Shown here: piece after piece, positions 53,852 through 62,356 of the stretch
Numbering within the stretch: the first letter of the stretch is position 1
Layout of the letters: each line of letters begins with the position of its first letter
Source of the DNA: a virus
Lineage: Duplodnaviria > Caudoviricetes
Direction: 5' to 3' (one strand)
DNA: 62,520 nucleotides
Virus record (IMG/VR): IMGVR_UViG_3300042861_000978
Span: 1 to 62,520 of that record
Made by a program: the position numbers and the translations under genes
The notes under the pieces: model-generated
What the model saw: the letters and a program-made list of their open reading frames with translations, nothing else
Database searches by the model: none
What the model was told of the DNA's origin: nothing

Positions 53852-56452
53852 CTAACTTTTTTTGTTATTTTTATTAGCAGCACGTCCTTTTGCATTCTCT
53901 TTAGCAACAGCTAAATCATTTGCCATATTCTCCCTAGCTACTTGTAACTTTTCTCTTTCTATAGACATCTTATCTGCTGCTTGTTTGTTTTTAGACTGTA
54001 TATCTGCCATTTTCATACCATAATCTTTTGCAGCCTTATCTTGATCTTGTGCAAGTCTACTCATTTCTAGTACATCTGGAATAGCATTAGCATTTACATC
54101 TTCTGCTTCTACATTACCAAATCCTGTAGCTTGAATAATAGCAATTTTTTCTTTAGAAAGTCTATCAAGTTCTTTTTGATAGTTTTCATTAGCTTGTTGC
54201 TCTTGTTGTAATTGAGCTTGCTGTTGCATTTGAGCTTGAGCAATTTGTTGTTGTTGTTCAACTTTTTGTTGTTCAAGTTGTTGTGCTTGTTGTTGAATAG
54301 CGTCTTGTTTATCTCTAAGATCTCTAAACACTTTCTTCATTTCTCTCATAGACTTAGTGCTGTAAAGCTCAATAACTTCATATAAGCTTCCACCATTTTG
54401 CATAAGAGGTTGAGCAAGTTGTCTAAGTTCATTAAACATTTGCGTATCTTCTGGTCTATTAGTTGTAAACACTTTTAAATCTCTAAATCTAATATCAGAT
54501 CCATTTACTTGTACAAATGCAGATTCTCCTTCATTAGTAACATAAGAAATTGTTGATTGTGGTTTAGCACTTTCTATGTATAATGCAGCATCGATTATAG
54601 CTTGATATAATTGTCCTAATACATATTCGTGTGCTACAAATAAAGGCTCTGTTTGTGTATAACTGTGTTGTATAGCAGCATTTGTACCTGTAGCACTTTC
54701 AGAGGCAGAGATGCTTCCTAAACGCTGTTTAGACATACCTATAAGTTCCCAGCATTCATTTTTTAATTGTACAGCTAAGTTATAACGAGATTGAATCTCA
54801 TTGGTTCTTGTAAGGTCTACGTTTCTAGCTACAGATTGATTTGTTACAGGAGCTTTGGTATTTTCAGGACTATCATCATCAAACATGATACCACGTTCTC
54901 TTGCTTCTAATTCCCAGATATCAATATCATCTTGAGCATCTCCATCCTTCACTCTAGGAACTCTTCTAATATTAACAGAAGCTACATTACCAATTTCTTT
55001 TTCAAGAAGCTTATACATTTGATTCATACAAATGTTATATAACACTTGGAAAGGTTTCATCATATCAATTAATGACTTAGCCTCTGTATTCTTCACTTCA
55101 AAAGTTGTTCCAATTATAGGACAATAATTCAATAGTTTATAAGGTTTGATATGATAGATGTCTGGACCAATTTTAATTCCTTGATACCATTCATTAATCC
55201 ATCCCCATTCTAGTGACTTCTGTGTAGGAATAGTTCCTGATTTATAATTCTCATCAACAAGCATTGATTGCTCATTGCCCATTTCATCTTCATATATAAG
55301 TTTTCCAATTTTTTTCTTAGAAATCCAATATGCTCTAACTACAACATATTTGTATCCAAATGAAGAAACATTAGATGTTAAACCAAGAAAATCTTGTAAT
55401 CCATCATTATTTTCTTTCATTTCTGATTCTATAATCATTCTTGTTTGTAGTACTAATGGATCAAATGTATCATACTGTACAGAGTCTTGCCCAGGTGTAG
55501 CATTAGGGTTACCTAAATTAGATTCACGTACATTAATTAATCCATAGTCTTGTAATGATGAGCGTAAGTGGTCAATTTCCTCTTTCGTAAGATCTGGGAT
55601 GCTTTCAATGATCTCCGAAAGCTCCATAACTTGTACTGTACCAGCAGCATAGGCTCCTTGAGTTCTACCAGTGGGATCTGATATCCACTTTCTATCAGGA
55701 GTAGTAAGAAACCAAGTGTTTTTTGGGTTGGCCACTTCAATGTTAAACCCAGTTTTGGAATTGTCTTCATATATATGATAAAACTCTCTTGCTGATATAA
55801 GCAAGTCTCTAAATGTATCTTCTGATTTTTCTTTTATATTAAATTCTGCTTTTGTACATGTAAGAATATGGTTGGCCCATTTTTCAGCTACAGATGTATA
55901 TGAATCAAGTTGATCTTTAACTTGTTCCATTGTAAGCTGTTCTAGTTGTTCTTCTTCTAGTTCTTCTCCAGCAATAGCAGCTTTTTCTAATATTTGTTGT
56001 TTAGCTCTTGATATAATATACTTTTGCAGTGTATCAGTTTTAAACTGTAACTCTTCTGCTTTACTATCGTCATCAAATGCCTTCACTCTATATGTATCAG
56101 GTCTTTTTGAAATTTCTCCTACCAAACCATTAAGAGGAGTGGTAATTATAGAATAATGTTTTACATAAGATGGTAGAGCCAAATCATTTTGTAAAATTTC
56201 AGTAAAACTTTTTACTTGAGGATCTTGATAAAAATCTTCCATACGAAGAATACCTTTTACCAAATCATAGTTTTTTACAAATGTATCTCTATTTTTAATA
56301 TATTCTGCATAAGCCCTGTTAGCAAAATAATCCATTGTATTTTTAATCCAACTCTCATCTTGTTTTTCCTTCTCTGTTTTAAACTGATCAGGAAAAATAT
56401 TTAAATACGCATAACGTATTGTAGCATCTTTTGTATATCTAATTATTGCCAT
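53852..56452 (-). CDS. Portal protein
   Basis: 866 aa directly after TerL; SLIDMMKPFQVLYN, LIGMSKQRLG motifs; Gln-rich C-terminal coiled-coil barrel. Confidence 0.88.
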   Translation of the reverse strand: MAIIRYTKDATIRYAYLNIFPDQFKTEKEKQDESWIKNTMDYFANRAYAEYIKNRDTFVKNYDLVKGILRMEDFYQDPQVKSFTEILQNDLALPSYVKHYSIITTPLNGLVGEISKRPDTYRVKAFDDDSKAEELQFKTDTLQKYIISRAKQQILEKAAIAGEELEEEQLEQLTMEQVKDQLDSYTSVAEKWANHILTCTKAEFNIKEKSEDTFRDLLISAREFYHIYEDNSKTGFNIEVANPKNTWFLTTPDRKWISDPTGRTQGAYAAGTVQVMELSEIIESIPDLTKEEIDHLRSSLQDYGLINVRESNLGNPNATPGQDSVQYDTFDPLVLQTRMIIESEMKENNDGLQDFLGLTSNVSSFGYKYVVVRAYWISKKKIGKLIYEDEMGNEQSMLVDENYKSGTIPTQKSLEWGWINEWYQGIKIGPDIYHIKPYKLLNYCPIIGTTFEVKNTEAKSLIDMMKPFQVLYNICMNQMYKLLEKEIGNVASVNIRRVPRVKDGDAQDDIDIWELEARERGIMFDDDSPENTKAPVTNQSVARNVDLTRTNEIQSRYNLAVQLKNECWELIGMSKQRLGSISASESATGTNAAIQHSYTQTEPLFVAHEYVLGQLYQAIIDAALYIESAKPQSTISYVTNEGESAFVQVNGSDIRFRDLKVFTTNRPEDTQMFNELRQLAQPLMQNGGSLYEVIELYSTKSMREMKKVFRDLRDKQDAIQQQAQQLEQQKVEQQQQIAQAQMQQQAQLQQEQQANENYQKELDRLSKEKIAIIQATGFGNVEAEDVNANAIPDVLEMSRLAQDQDKAAKDYGMKMADIQSKNKQAADKMSIEREKLQVARENMANDLAVAKENAKGRAANKNNKKS

Positions 56453-58473
56453 TATCTAAATAATTTACGTTTATTGTTATTAAACACTCCTCTTGATTCT
56501 GGAAAGAGTGAACTTTTTTGTCTTTTAACTCCCATTGATTTTGTTCTTGAGTCTGAATTATCTCCAATCTTTCCAAATATAGGATCAAGTTTCATGGCAA
56601 GAGAAACAGCAAGTTCTGCTGCTATAATTCTATCAAAGTTACCATCTTCATTATATTGTATCATTTCTTCAAGAAGTACTGGGTCAAGTATTTTTGACAT
56701 TCCTTTTGTTTCAGAAATAATATTATCATCATCATCTTTTTCTACATGTATAACTTCTTCTGTATATTTCTTTAGACATCCATGTAGAAAGTCTCTTATT
56801 TTTTCTGCAGATCTATGTATTCCATAATCACGTCTAACGGTAGTATTTGGAACAATTTCTTTTAACCAATCTGGTTGTTTTTCTAAATAATGTGCATCTC
56901 CTTTAGAAATCATATAATCTATAAAGGAGATTTCATCATTTTCACATAATGTTCTAGCATTGTAATACTTTATCAACAATCGTGCTTGTTCTTCCCATGT
57001 TTCTTTTTTATCTGGACGAGCACAATAAGATGCTACAAACATATCTTGATATTTTTCTCCTGATATTGTATGCATACGTTTGTATATATACACAGAACCA
57101 AGAGAACTTGAATATGCAGATTTACCTTGTCTATAAGGGTCAACTCCTGCTACATATAATCCATAAGGAGGGTTTTCTATTGGAAACTCATATATAACTA
57201 CAGGAGCATCTTTTTGATCTGTATTTTTTAATGGAAAATTTGATATAGGTAGTTTATCAGAGAATGTATGTTTAACTCCTTGTCCATCATCATACAGCAC
57301 TACAGATGTTCCTGTTCTTTCTTGTTGTAACAGTCTAAACTTCTGTCTTTTAGCTGCTTCAATATCAAATATATTTGTATCTTCATTAAGAAATATATCA
57401 TCTACTTCTTGGGGATAATACATTTTCTCTTTAAGATAGGCCATTCTATCTCCAGCTTTTTTAAGCTTTTCAAGATTATCATTTGTAATCTTTGTGGCTA
57501 GTTCTTCATTACTCACCATCATCTTCACTTCATGTAAAGAAGAAGTTTTTGGTTTATCTAAAAATGCTCCCAAAGAACTTTCTTCTTTGGCTTCCATTCT
57601 ATATTTATGAGAAATAAAAAGTCCATGAACTCTTTTTTCATCTTTTGCATTATTATATTCTAAGAAGTTAAAATTTTCAACATCAAACATTAAGCTTTTT
57701 GCATCCATAAACTTCTTCATATCTCCACCTGTTCCTGTAAGAATCGGAGAACATCCCCAACCAAATGGTGTTGTAAATCCAGGAATAGCAGCTTGAAGTC
57801 CTCTAAGAAAAGATCCTTTTCCAATCTCATCAATAATAAGTCTTCTAGGCTTTGTACCAGCAATAGCTTCCTCATTATTACCCTCATCAAGGTTACGTAT
57901 AAGAATCTGGGAAAATGGAATTCTTTCTCCTGATTTGGTTTTAATTCCTAGTGTAACTTGATTTTTCCAATTATCTTCTACTCTTTGCCATCTCCAGGCT
58001 TCTGGTAAAAAGTTTAATCCTTTGTCAATCTTATCTGTAATAAGCTTTATATCAGGAGCATTTAATCCTGCAATAATATTCTGACTGTTCTCATCAAATG
58101 TAGCACCATGTCCAATGTAACTAGCTTCAATAACAGACTTAGCAAAACGACGAATACCTAGTATAACTAGACCTTTCTTTTCTTTATGTGCTCTATCTAT
58201 TTCATTTGTAACAAGCCATTCATTATCTCTTAGTAATGGATTAGAATATTTCTGATTAATACGTCCATATTCATCTATAATATCTACTTCTGTATGCCAA
58301 ATATTTAAATGCCAATATAGAAATGGATTGATGTATTGTCCATCCATCATTGCTCCATTCATACATAGTTCTTTATGAAATGCAAAGAACTGCTTATATT
58401 CATCAGAGCTTCTATCTGGAATACGTTTTTGATTAATAAACCAATCTTTATATTCTATATTGTGTAAATTCAT
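56452..58473 (-). CDS. terL: Terminase large subunit
   Basis: Walker A-like GIRRFAKS, Walker B LIIDEIGK, coupling motif TGTGG, nuclease VAGVDPY..CEN..NFDRIIA. Confidence 0.93.
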   Translation of the reverse strand: MNLHNIEYKDWFINQKRIPDRSSDEYKQFFAFHKELCMNGAMMDGQYINPFLYWHLNIWHTEVDIIDEYGRINQKYSNPLLRDNEWLVTNEIDRAHKEKKGLVILGIRRFAKSVIEASYIGHGATFDENSQNIIAGLNAPDIKLITDKIDKGLNFLPEAWRWQRVEDNWKNQVTLGIKTKSGERIPFSQILIRNLDEGNNEEAIAGTKPRRLIIDEIGKGSFLRGLQAAIPGFTTPFGWGCSPILTGTGGDMKKFMDAKSLMFDVENFNFLEYNNAKDEKRVHGLFISHKYRMEAKEESSLGAFLDKPKTSSLHEVKMMVSNEELATKITNDNLEKLKKAGDRMAYLKEKMYYPQEVDDIFLNEDTNIFDIEAAKRQKFRLLQQERTGTSVVLYDDGQGVKHTFSDKLPISNFPLKNTDQKDAPVVIYEFPIENPPYGLYVAGVDPYRQGKSAYSSSLGSVYIYKRMHTISGEKYQDMFVASYCARPDKKETWEEQARLLIKYYNARTLCENDEISFIDYMISKGDAHYLEKQPDWLKEIVPNTTVRRDYGIHRSAEKIRDFLHGCLKKYTEEVIHVEKDDDDNIISETKGMSKILDPVLLEEMIQYNEDGNFDRIIAAELAVSLAMKLDPIFGKIGDNSDSRTKSMGVKRQKSSLFPESRGVFNNNKRKLFR

Positions 58474-58808
58474 TACTTATTTCTACTCTTTAAAAATTCT
58501 TCTGCTTGAGAACTAAGTTCAGCTCCTCCTCTTGTTTCCACTTTTTTAGCTTCTTGTTTTTCTCTCATTACATCTACTTCTTTTAAAAGAGCAAGATAGT
58601 TTTTCATTGTTTCTTGTACAAACTTTCCTTGAGCTTCTATAGATGCAATTACCATAGGAAGCATTCCTCCTTTAGCTGTAGGTTTCCACTCTATTCTATC
58701 TTTTAAAGTATGAAGAGGATTTGCATCAACATATTCTTTCCATGAAGATAATTGTTGTTCAGCCCAATCAAGTTCTACATCTATATATGTATTCTTTTTT
58801 ACTGCCAT
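58473..58808 (-). CDS. Helical protein coupled to TerL, candidate terminase small subunit
   Basis: Stop overlaps the TerL start; 111 aa, helical. Confidence 0.5.
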   Translation of the reverse strand: MAVKKNTYIDVELDWAEQQLSSWKEYVDANPLHTLKDRIEWKPTAKGGMLPMVIASIEAQGKFVQETMKNYLALLKEVDVMREKQEAKKVETRGGAELSSQAEEFLKSRNK

Positions 58809-58824
58809 TATGTAGTTAGTTTTA

Positions 58825-59088
58825 TTATTCTTCTTCTAATAAATCCTCAGAATTTAAATTCATTCCTTGTTTAAGAATCTCTTCCAAATCTTCACAATGA
58901 GGAACATCTAATTCTAATTCTATTAAATAATCATTTAATATATTAAACATTTCTTTGTCATTGAGATTTTCAATCTGATGATCATCTAATGCTGTAGCCA
59001 AGTGTTTGCCAAGAGTTTGTTTTGGAAATACAGAGCCAAGTTTATTTAATATATTTACACTTCGTTTATAATAATTGCTCATAGTCAT
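58825..59088 (-). CDS. Hypothetical protein
   Basis: ORF in a tightly packed operon; acidic C-terminus. Confidence 0.65.
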   Translation of the reverse strand: MTMSNYYKRSVNILNKLGSVFPKQTLGKHLATALDDHQIENLNDKEMFNILNDYLIELELDVPHCEDLEEILKQGMNLNSEDLLEEE

Positions 59089-59281
59089 CTATGTTTGGCT
59101 GGTCTTCAGTTAAATAATCATCTGACACTGTAATTCTTATTATATCCTTTTCCCTATCTGGATCTATAATTCCTTCTAAATCAAAATAATCATATCCATC
59201 ATTATATAATTTTTCTAGTATCTCTAATAAATACTCAATAGGAATCTTTGTTAGTTTTAAATTACTCTTTTCCATTATCAA
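59066..59281 (-). CDS. Small acidic hypothetical protein (likely start ATG 59275)
   Basis: ORF in a tightly packed operon. Confidence 0.6.
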   Translation of the reverse strand: MIMEKSNLKLTKIPIEYLLEILEKLYNDGYDYFDLEGIIDPDREKDIIRITVSDDYLTEDQPNIDDYEQLL

Positions 59282-59555
59282 TTATATTTTGTTGTTCTTG
59301 AGAAATTACAGCTTTCCATTTATTTAAAGGACAATTACAAGAAAGACATTTTGTTTTAGCAGAAAGAGTGCATCCACAATTTGTACAATGTACATCTGGT
59401 CTTAATGTTTTATGCTTTGTAGAAATATGTTCACAATTATTACATATTTCCATTCTTTCTTGACTTGTTTGCTCTATAACTAATTCTAGTTCTTTTCGAG
59501 GAAGAAGGTGGTTGCTCCATCCTTCAATTATTTGTTGTATCACTCCCATGATCAA
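59262..59555 (-). CDS. Cys-rich Zn-finger-like protein (likely start ATG 59549)
   Basis: RMEICNNC..CTNCGC.L.AKT.C..CNCPLNKW. Confidence 0.75.
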   Translation of the reverse strand: MIMGVIQQIIEGWSNHLLPRKELELVIEQTSQERMEICNNCEHISTKHKTLRPDVHCTNCGCTLSAKTKCLSCNCPLNKWKAVISQEQQNIIDNGKE

Positions 59556-59904
59556 TTTTTGGTTTTAGTTTCACTCTATTATCAATAGCTGTAGCTAATT
59601 TCATTTCTAAGTTTCTTCTAACTGTAGGAGAAAGAGTTTCATCATTTAATAAGTTTGTAAAATAACTTATTTGTGATTCAAATAATTCCATTTTCTTCTT
59701 GGCTTTATTCATGTTAAACATAAACTTACCAAATCCAGAAAACTCTACACTATTATACTTATGTATTGCATCATTAGCAGAATCAAATTGATGAGCAATC
59801 ACTTTATGAATAACTTTTTCAGAAATCATCTTATGCTCAATCACTTTATTAATTGCAATTTTCTTAATAAGAAAATCCTTAATATGTATATTAGGTGGTT
59901 TCAT
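59524..59904 (-). CDS. HU/IHF-like DNA-binding protein
   Basis: NSVEFSGFGKF signature; upstream of the terminase as in crAss-like phages. Confidence 0.7.
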   Translation of the reverse strand: MKPPNIHIKDFLIKKIAINKVIEHKMISEKVIHKVIAHQFDSANDAIHKYNSVEFSGFGKFMFNMNKAKKKMELFESQISYFTNLLNDETLSPTVRRNLEMKLATAIDNRVKLKPKIDHGSDTTNN

Positions 59905-60235
59905 TCTCTAATGTAATTTGTAAAACAATATTCTTAGAGAAATCTAATTGTATATCTGGAAGTATTTTAATCTTCCCATCATCCTTAATTAATATTCCTA
60001 GTTTTTTAAGACCAGAAACTAAATTATTAATTGTGGCATTAGAAGTGCTGAATTCTTTACAGAATTCTTCTTTAACATGTTTATAAGAAATACTCCCATT
60101 AAGAGCAATAAAAGAAACTAATTGTATTTCTCTTTCTGTTACATTAATATCATTTATACTAAACAATATAGAATAGTATTTCTTAACTGAAGAAAACTTA
60201 TCTCTCTCTTTTCTTTTAAATCTTTGTACAATCAT
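59891..60235 (-). CDS. Winged-HTH protein (RepL/MarR-like), first gene of the late arm
   Basis: VTEREIQLV..FCKEFSTSNATINNLVSGLKKLGILIK wHTH pattern. Confidence 0.7.
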   Translation of the reverse strand: MIVQRFKRKERDKFSSVKKYYSILFSINDINVTEREIQLVSFIALNGSISYKHVKEEFCKEFSTSNATINNLVSGLKKLGILIKDDGKIKILPDIQLDFSKNIVLQITLENETT

Positions 60236-60252
60236 AATCTATTTAGTTTATA

Positions 60253-60286
60253 CAAAGGTATATAAAAAACATATATATAAAACAAA
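60253..60286 (-). promoter_or_regulatory. Bacteroidota sigma-A-type promoter at the head of the late arm
   Basis: Minus strand TTTG (60283-60286), 22-nt spacer, perfect TACCTTTG (60253-60260). Confidence 0.6.
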
Positions 60287-60560
60287 TATTTTTATTTCTA
60301 TCTATACAAAGAATAAATAAAAGCATTTTTATTATCAACCCACCCACCCACCAAAATTATAACATATTTTTTACATGAGCAAGAAAAAATTTTTTTTCCA
60401 AATTTTATGCCTCTCCCCTGTGAAATTTTTTTTCTAAAATTTTTTAGTAGCCCCCATGTTGATTATGTAGATGAGATGGTTGACCCCTTCCAACAACAAC
60501 CCCACTGGTGTTTTGGCGAGTGGGGCGCATCCCCCACATAACAATTAAAAAATAGAAAAA

Positions 60561-60953
60561 ATGACATTAGCAGAAGCAAAAAGTAAAATTGTATGGAAAG
60601 ACCAAGAAGCAGACCGTGGTCAAAGTGTTGGTAAAACAGGTGATGTATTTACCAATTGTAATGTTTTAATCTTAAGAACAAGCAAGAATGGAGCTGCACG
60701 TGCTACAGTCTTATTTGAAGATAAGACTACAAAGAAAGTTACTAATATAACTTGTTCGATAGCACTCACAAGATATGTTCGTAGTGGTGATATAATGGAA
60801 GGACATATTAAAGCCTTACCACTATTTCATAGTGATGAAAAAGGTTTCTTTGTAGGACTTGGAAATCAATTTATTGACTTTGATGCTGTTAAAGAAGAAG
60901 CATTTAAAGTTGATAGAACTATTTCTACACTTGAAGCATCAGCAGCCCTTTAG
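60561..60953 (+). CDS. Hypothetical protein, first gene of the divergent arm
   Basis: 130-aa ORF with an A-rich leader and its own terminator. Confidence 0.8.
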   Translation: MTLAEAKSKIVWKDQEADRGQSVGKTGDVFTNCNVLILRTSKNGAARATVLFEDKTTKKVTNITCSIALTRYVRSGDIMEGHIKALPLFHSDEKGFFVGLGNQFIDFDAVKEEAFKVDRTISTLEASAAL

Positions 60954-60968
60954 GCTGCTTTTGCTTTT
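60941..60968 (+). terminator. Intrinsic terminator overlapping the stop codon
   Basis: AGCAGCC-CTTTA-GGCTGCT followed by TTTGCTTTT. Confidence 0.7.
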
Positions 60969-61319
60969 CGTATATAAGGGTGGGATATATACGAAGCTAT
61001 TGGGTGGGAAATATAATATCAAAAAAATAATTCCTAAAGAACATATATATAAAGGACAATGTTTTAATTAATGTTGTCCTATATATATATAGGAGTAAAA
61101 AAGTTTATATCTTTACTAGGGGTCAAAAGTTCATTTTTTATTCATTTTAGGTGTTTTTGTAGGAAGTTTTCTTACAAATACTCTTAAAGGAATGTTAATG
61201 AAATGAATAATTGTATATTATAGGAGAGAATGAAATGGGGGATGTATATCCCACAACACAATAACAATAACTAAAAATCAATCAAAAAATAACAAAATCA
61301 CTACAAAACATATAGCATT

Positions 61320-61508
61320 ATGAATGAATCAAAGCTAACATACGCACAAATAGAACTATTACAATATATATTAAATGAACATATGTTTAATACTTGTAAT
61401 ATGGATTCTAAAGAATATATATCTCTTAAATATAAGCTTATTACAATGAGAGCTGAATTAGAGTATACAAAGTGTTCTATTTCTAAAGAAGTAATTTTTG
61501 CTTTATAA
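61320..61508 (+). CDS. Small hypothetical protein
   Basis: 62-aa ORF with an A-rich leader, followed by a hairpin. Confidence 0.55.
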   Translation: MNESKLTYAQIELLQYILNEHMFNTCNMDSKEYISLKYKLITMRAELEYTKCSISKEVIFAL

Positions 61509-61518
61509 CTAATAACAT

Positions 61519-61550
61519 AGAGCTCTATTTATATATAGGGCTCTTATTTA
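61519..61550 (+). terminator. Hairpin, possible terminator
   Basis: AGAGCTCTAT/ATAGGGCTCT stem followed by TATTTA. Confidence 0.45.
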
Positions 61551-61563
61551 ATACTATTTAATT

Positions 61564-61734
61564 ATGTCTATAAGAGAACAAATCTTATCAGCAATTAAAG
61601 GAGAAGCTATTAATAATCTTATTGATAAAAAAACTCAATTAGATGAAGATTTTAATAATGGCTTAATTAATTATGCTGAATATGAAGAGCGTAAATGGAT
61701 TATTAGTAATGATATTGATAGTCTGTATAATTAA
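61564..61734 (+). CDS. Small hypothetical protein, 56 aa (MSIREQILSAIKGE...IDSLYN)
   Basis: Translated by hand; below the ORF-track cutoff. Confidence 0.6.
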   Translation: MSIREQILSAIKGEAINNLIDKKTQLDEDFNNGLINYAEYEERKWIISNDIDSLYN

Positions 61735-62065
61735 CTTTTTAAATACAATTGCTTGATGCACTAGAAAGCAATGGTTGAATGTATGTACAAATAAGCGAAT
61801 GAACAGCTTATAAAATAAATGTTCAAATAAAAAACTCAATAACATTCCAAGATGTTGAGGACACCAGTTTCTTTGATAAGAATTAACAGTTGATGAAGAG
61901 CAAGTACTCATCAAATTACATAATATTAAGAATATAGAGATTAAGGGCTAGAATACAAGCTTTCTTTAAATGAAATCCTCTACTATGTATCTTAATATGT
62001 GATGTAATATATATCAGAGTTTTAGGTGTAAAACACAAATTATTAACTGACTAAATAACAAAATT

Positions 62066-62293
62066 ATGAATGTAGAAATTATTAAAGATGACCAAGGCTT
62101 TGCTGTTGGTTGGAGTATGCAAGGTGAAAATGATGAAGAAATTAATAAACTTGCAACAATTAGAGATCTTCAATTCTTTGGATTTGATGACACTGCTATT
62201 AAATATAATGGCAGAAAAGGCGGAGATGATGCTAAAGGTAATCCAGGAGTATTATCTTGGATACAAAGAAGATTTTCCTCAGATAAAAAATAA
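62066..62293 (+). CDS. Hypothetical protein
   Basis: 75-aa ORF with an A-rich leader, followed by a hairpin. Confidence 0.7.
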   Translation: MNVEIIKDDQGFAVGWSMQGENDEEINKLATIRDLQFFGFDDTAIKYNGRKGGDDAKGNPGVLSWIQRRFSSDKK

Positions 62294-62298
62294 TACAT

Positions 62299-62337
62299 TA
62301 GTCAGTCAACTACAGGTAATGCTGGGTTGACTGATTA
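62299..62337 (+). terminator. Stem-loop after the gene, possible terminator or processing site
   Basis: TAGTCAGTCAAC/GTTGACTGATTA 12-bp stem; no clear T-run. Confidence 0.4.
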
Positions 62338-62356
62338 TATTAAATCTATATATATT

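Noticed and set aside
8234-58473. Introns or inteins in TerL, portal, MCP or RNAP, frequent in crAss-like phages
   Set aside because: These ORFs are uninterrupted and I saw no intein splice-junction or LAGLIDADG motifs; an HMM scan would be needed to exclude them fully.
621-60086. Many other 60-170 aa plus-strand ORFs and short nested minus-strand ORFs in the track
   Set aside because: They lie inside long minus-strand genes and have the Ser/Phe/Leu/Ile-rich composition expected of shadow frames in AT-rich DNA.
60410-60537. G-quadruplex from the minus-strand G-runs
   Set aside because: Loops between the runs are long (about 12-30 nt) and one run is tied up in a competing hairpin; too weak to call.
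60859-62330. ORFs 60859-61071 (+), 61663-61914 (-) and 62088-62330 (+)
   Set aside because: They overlap better-supported genes or cross terminators and hairpins, and lack A-rich leaders.
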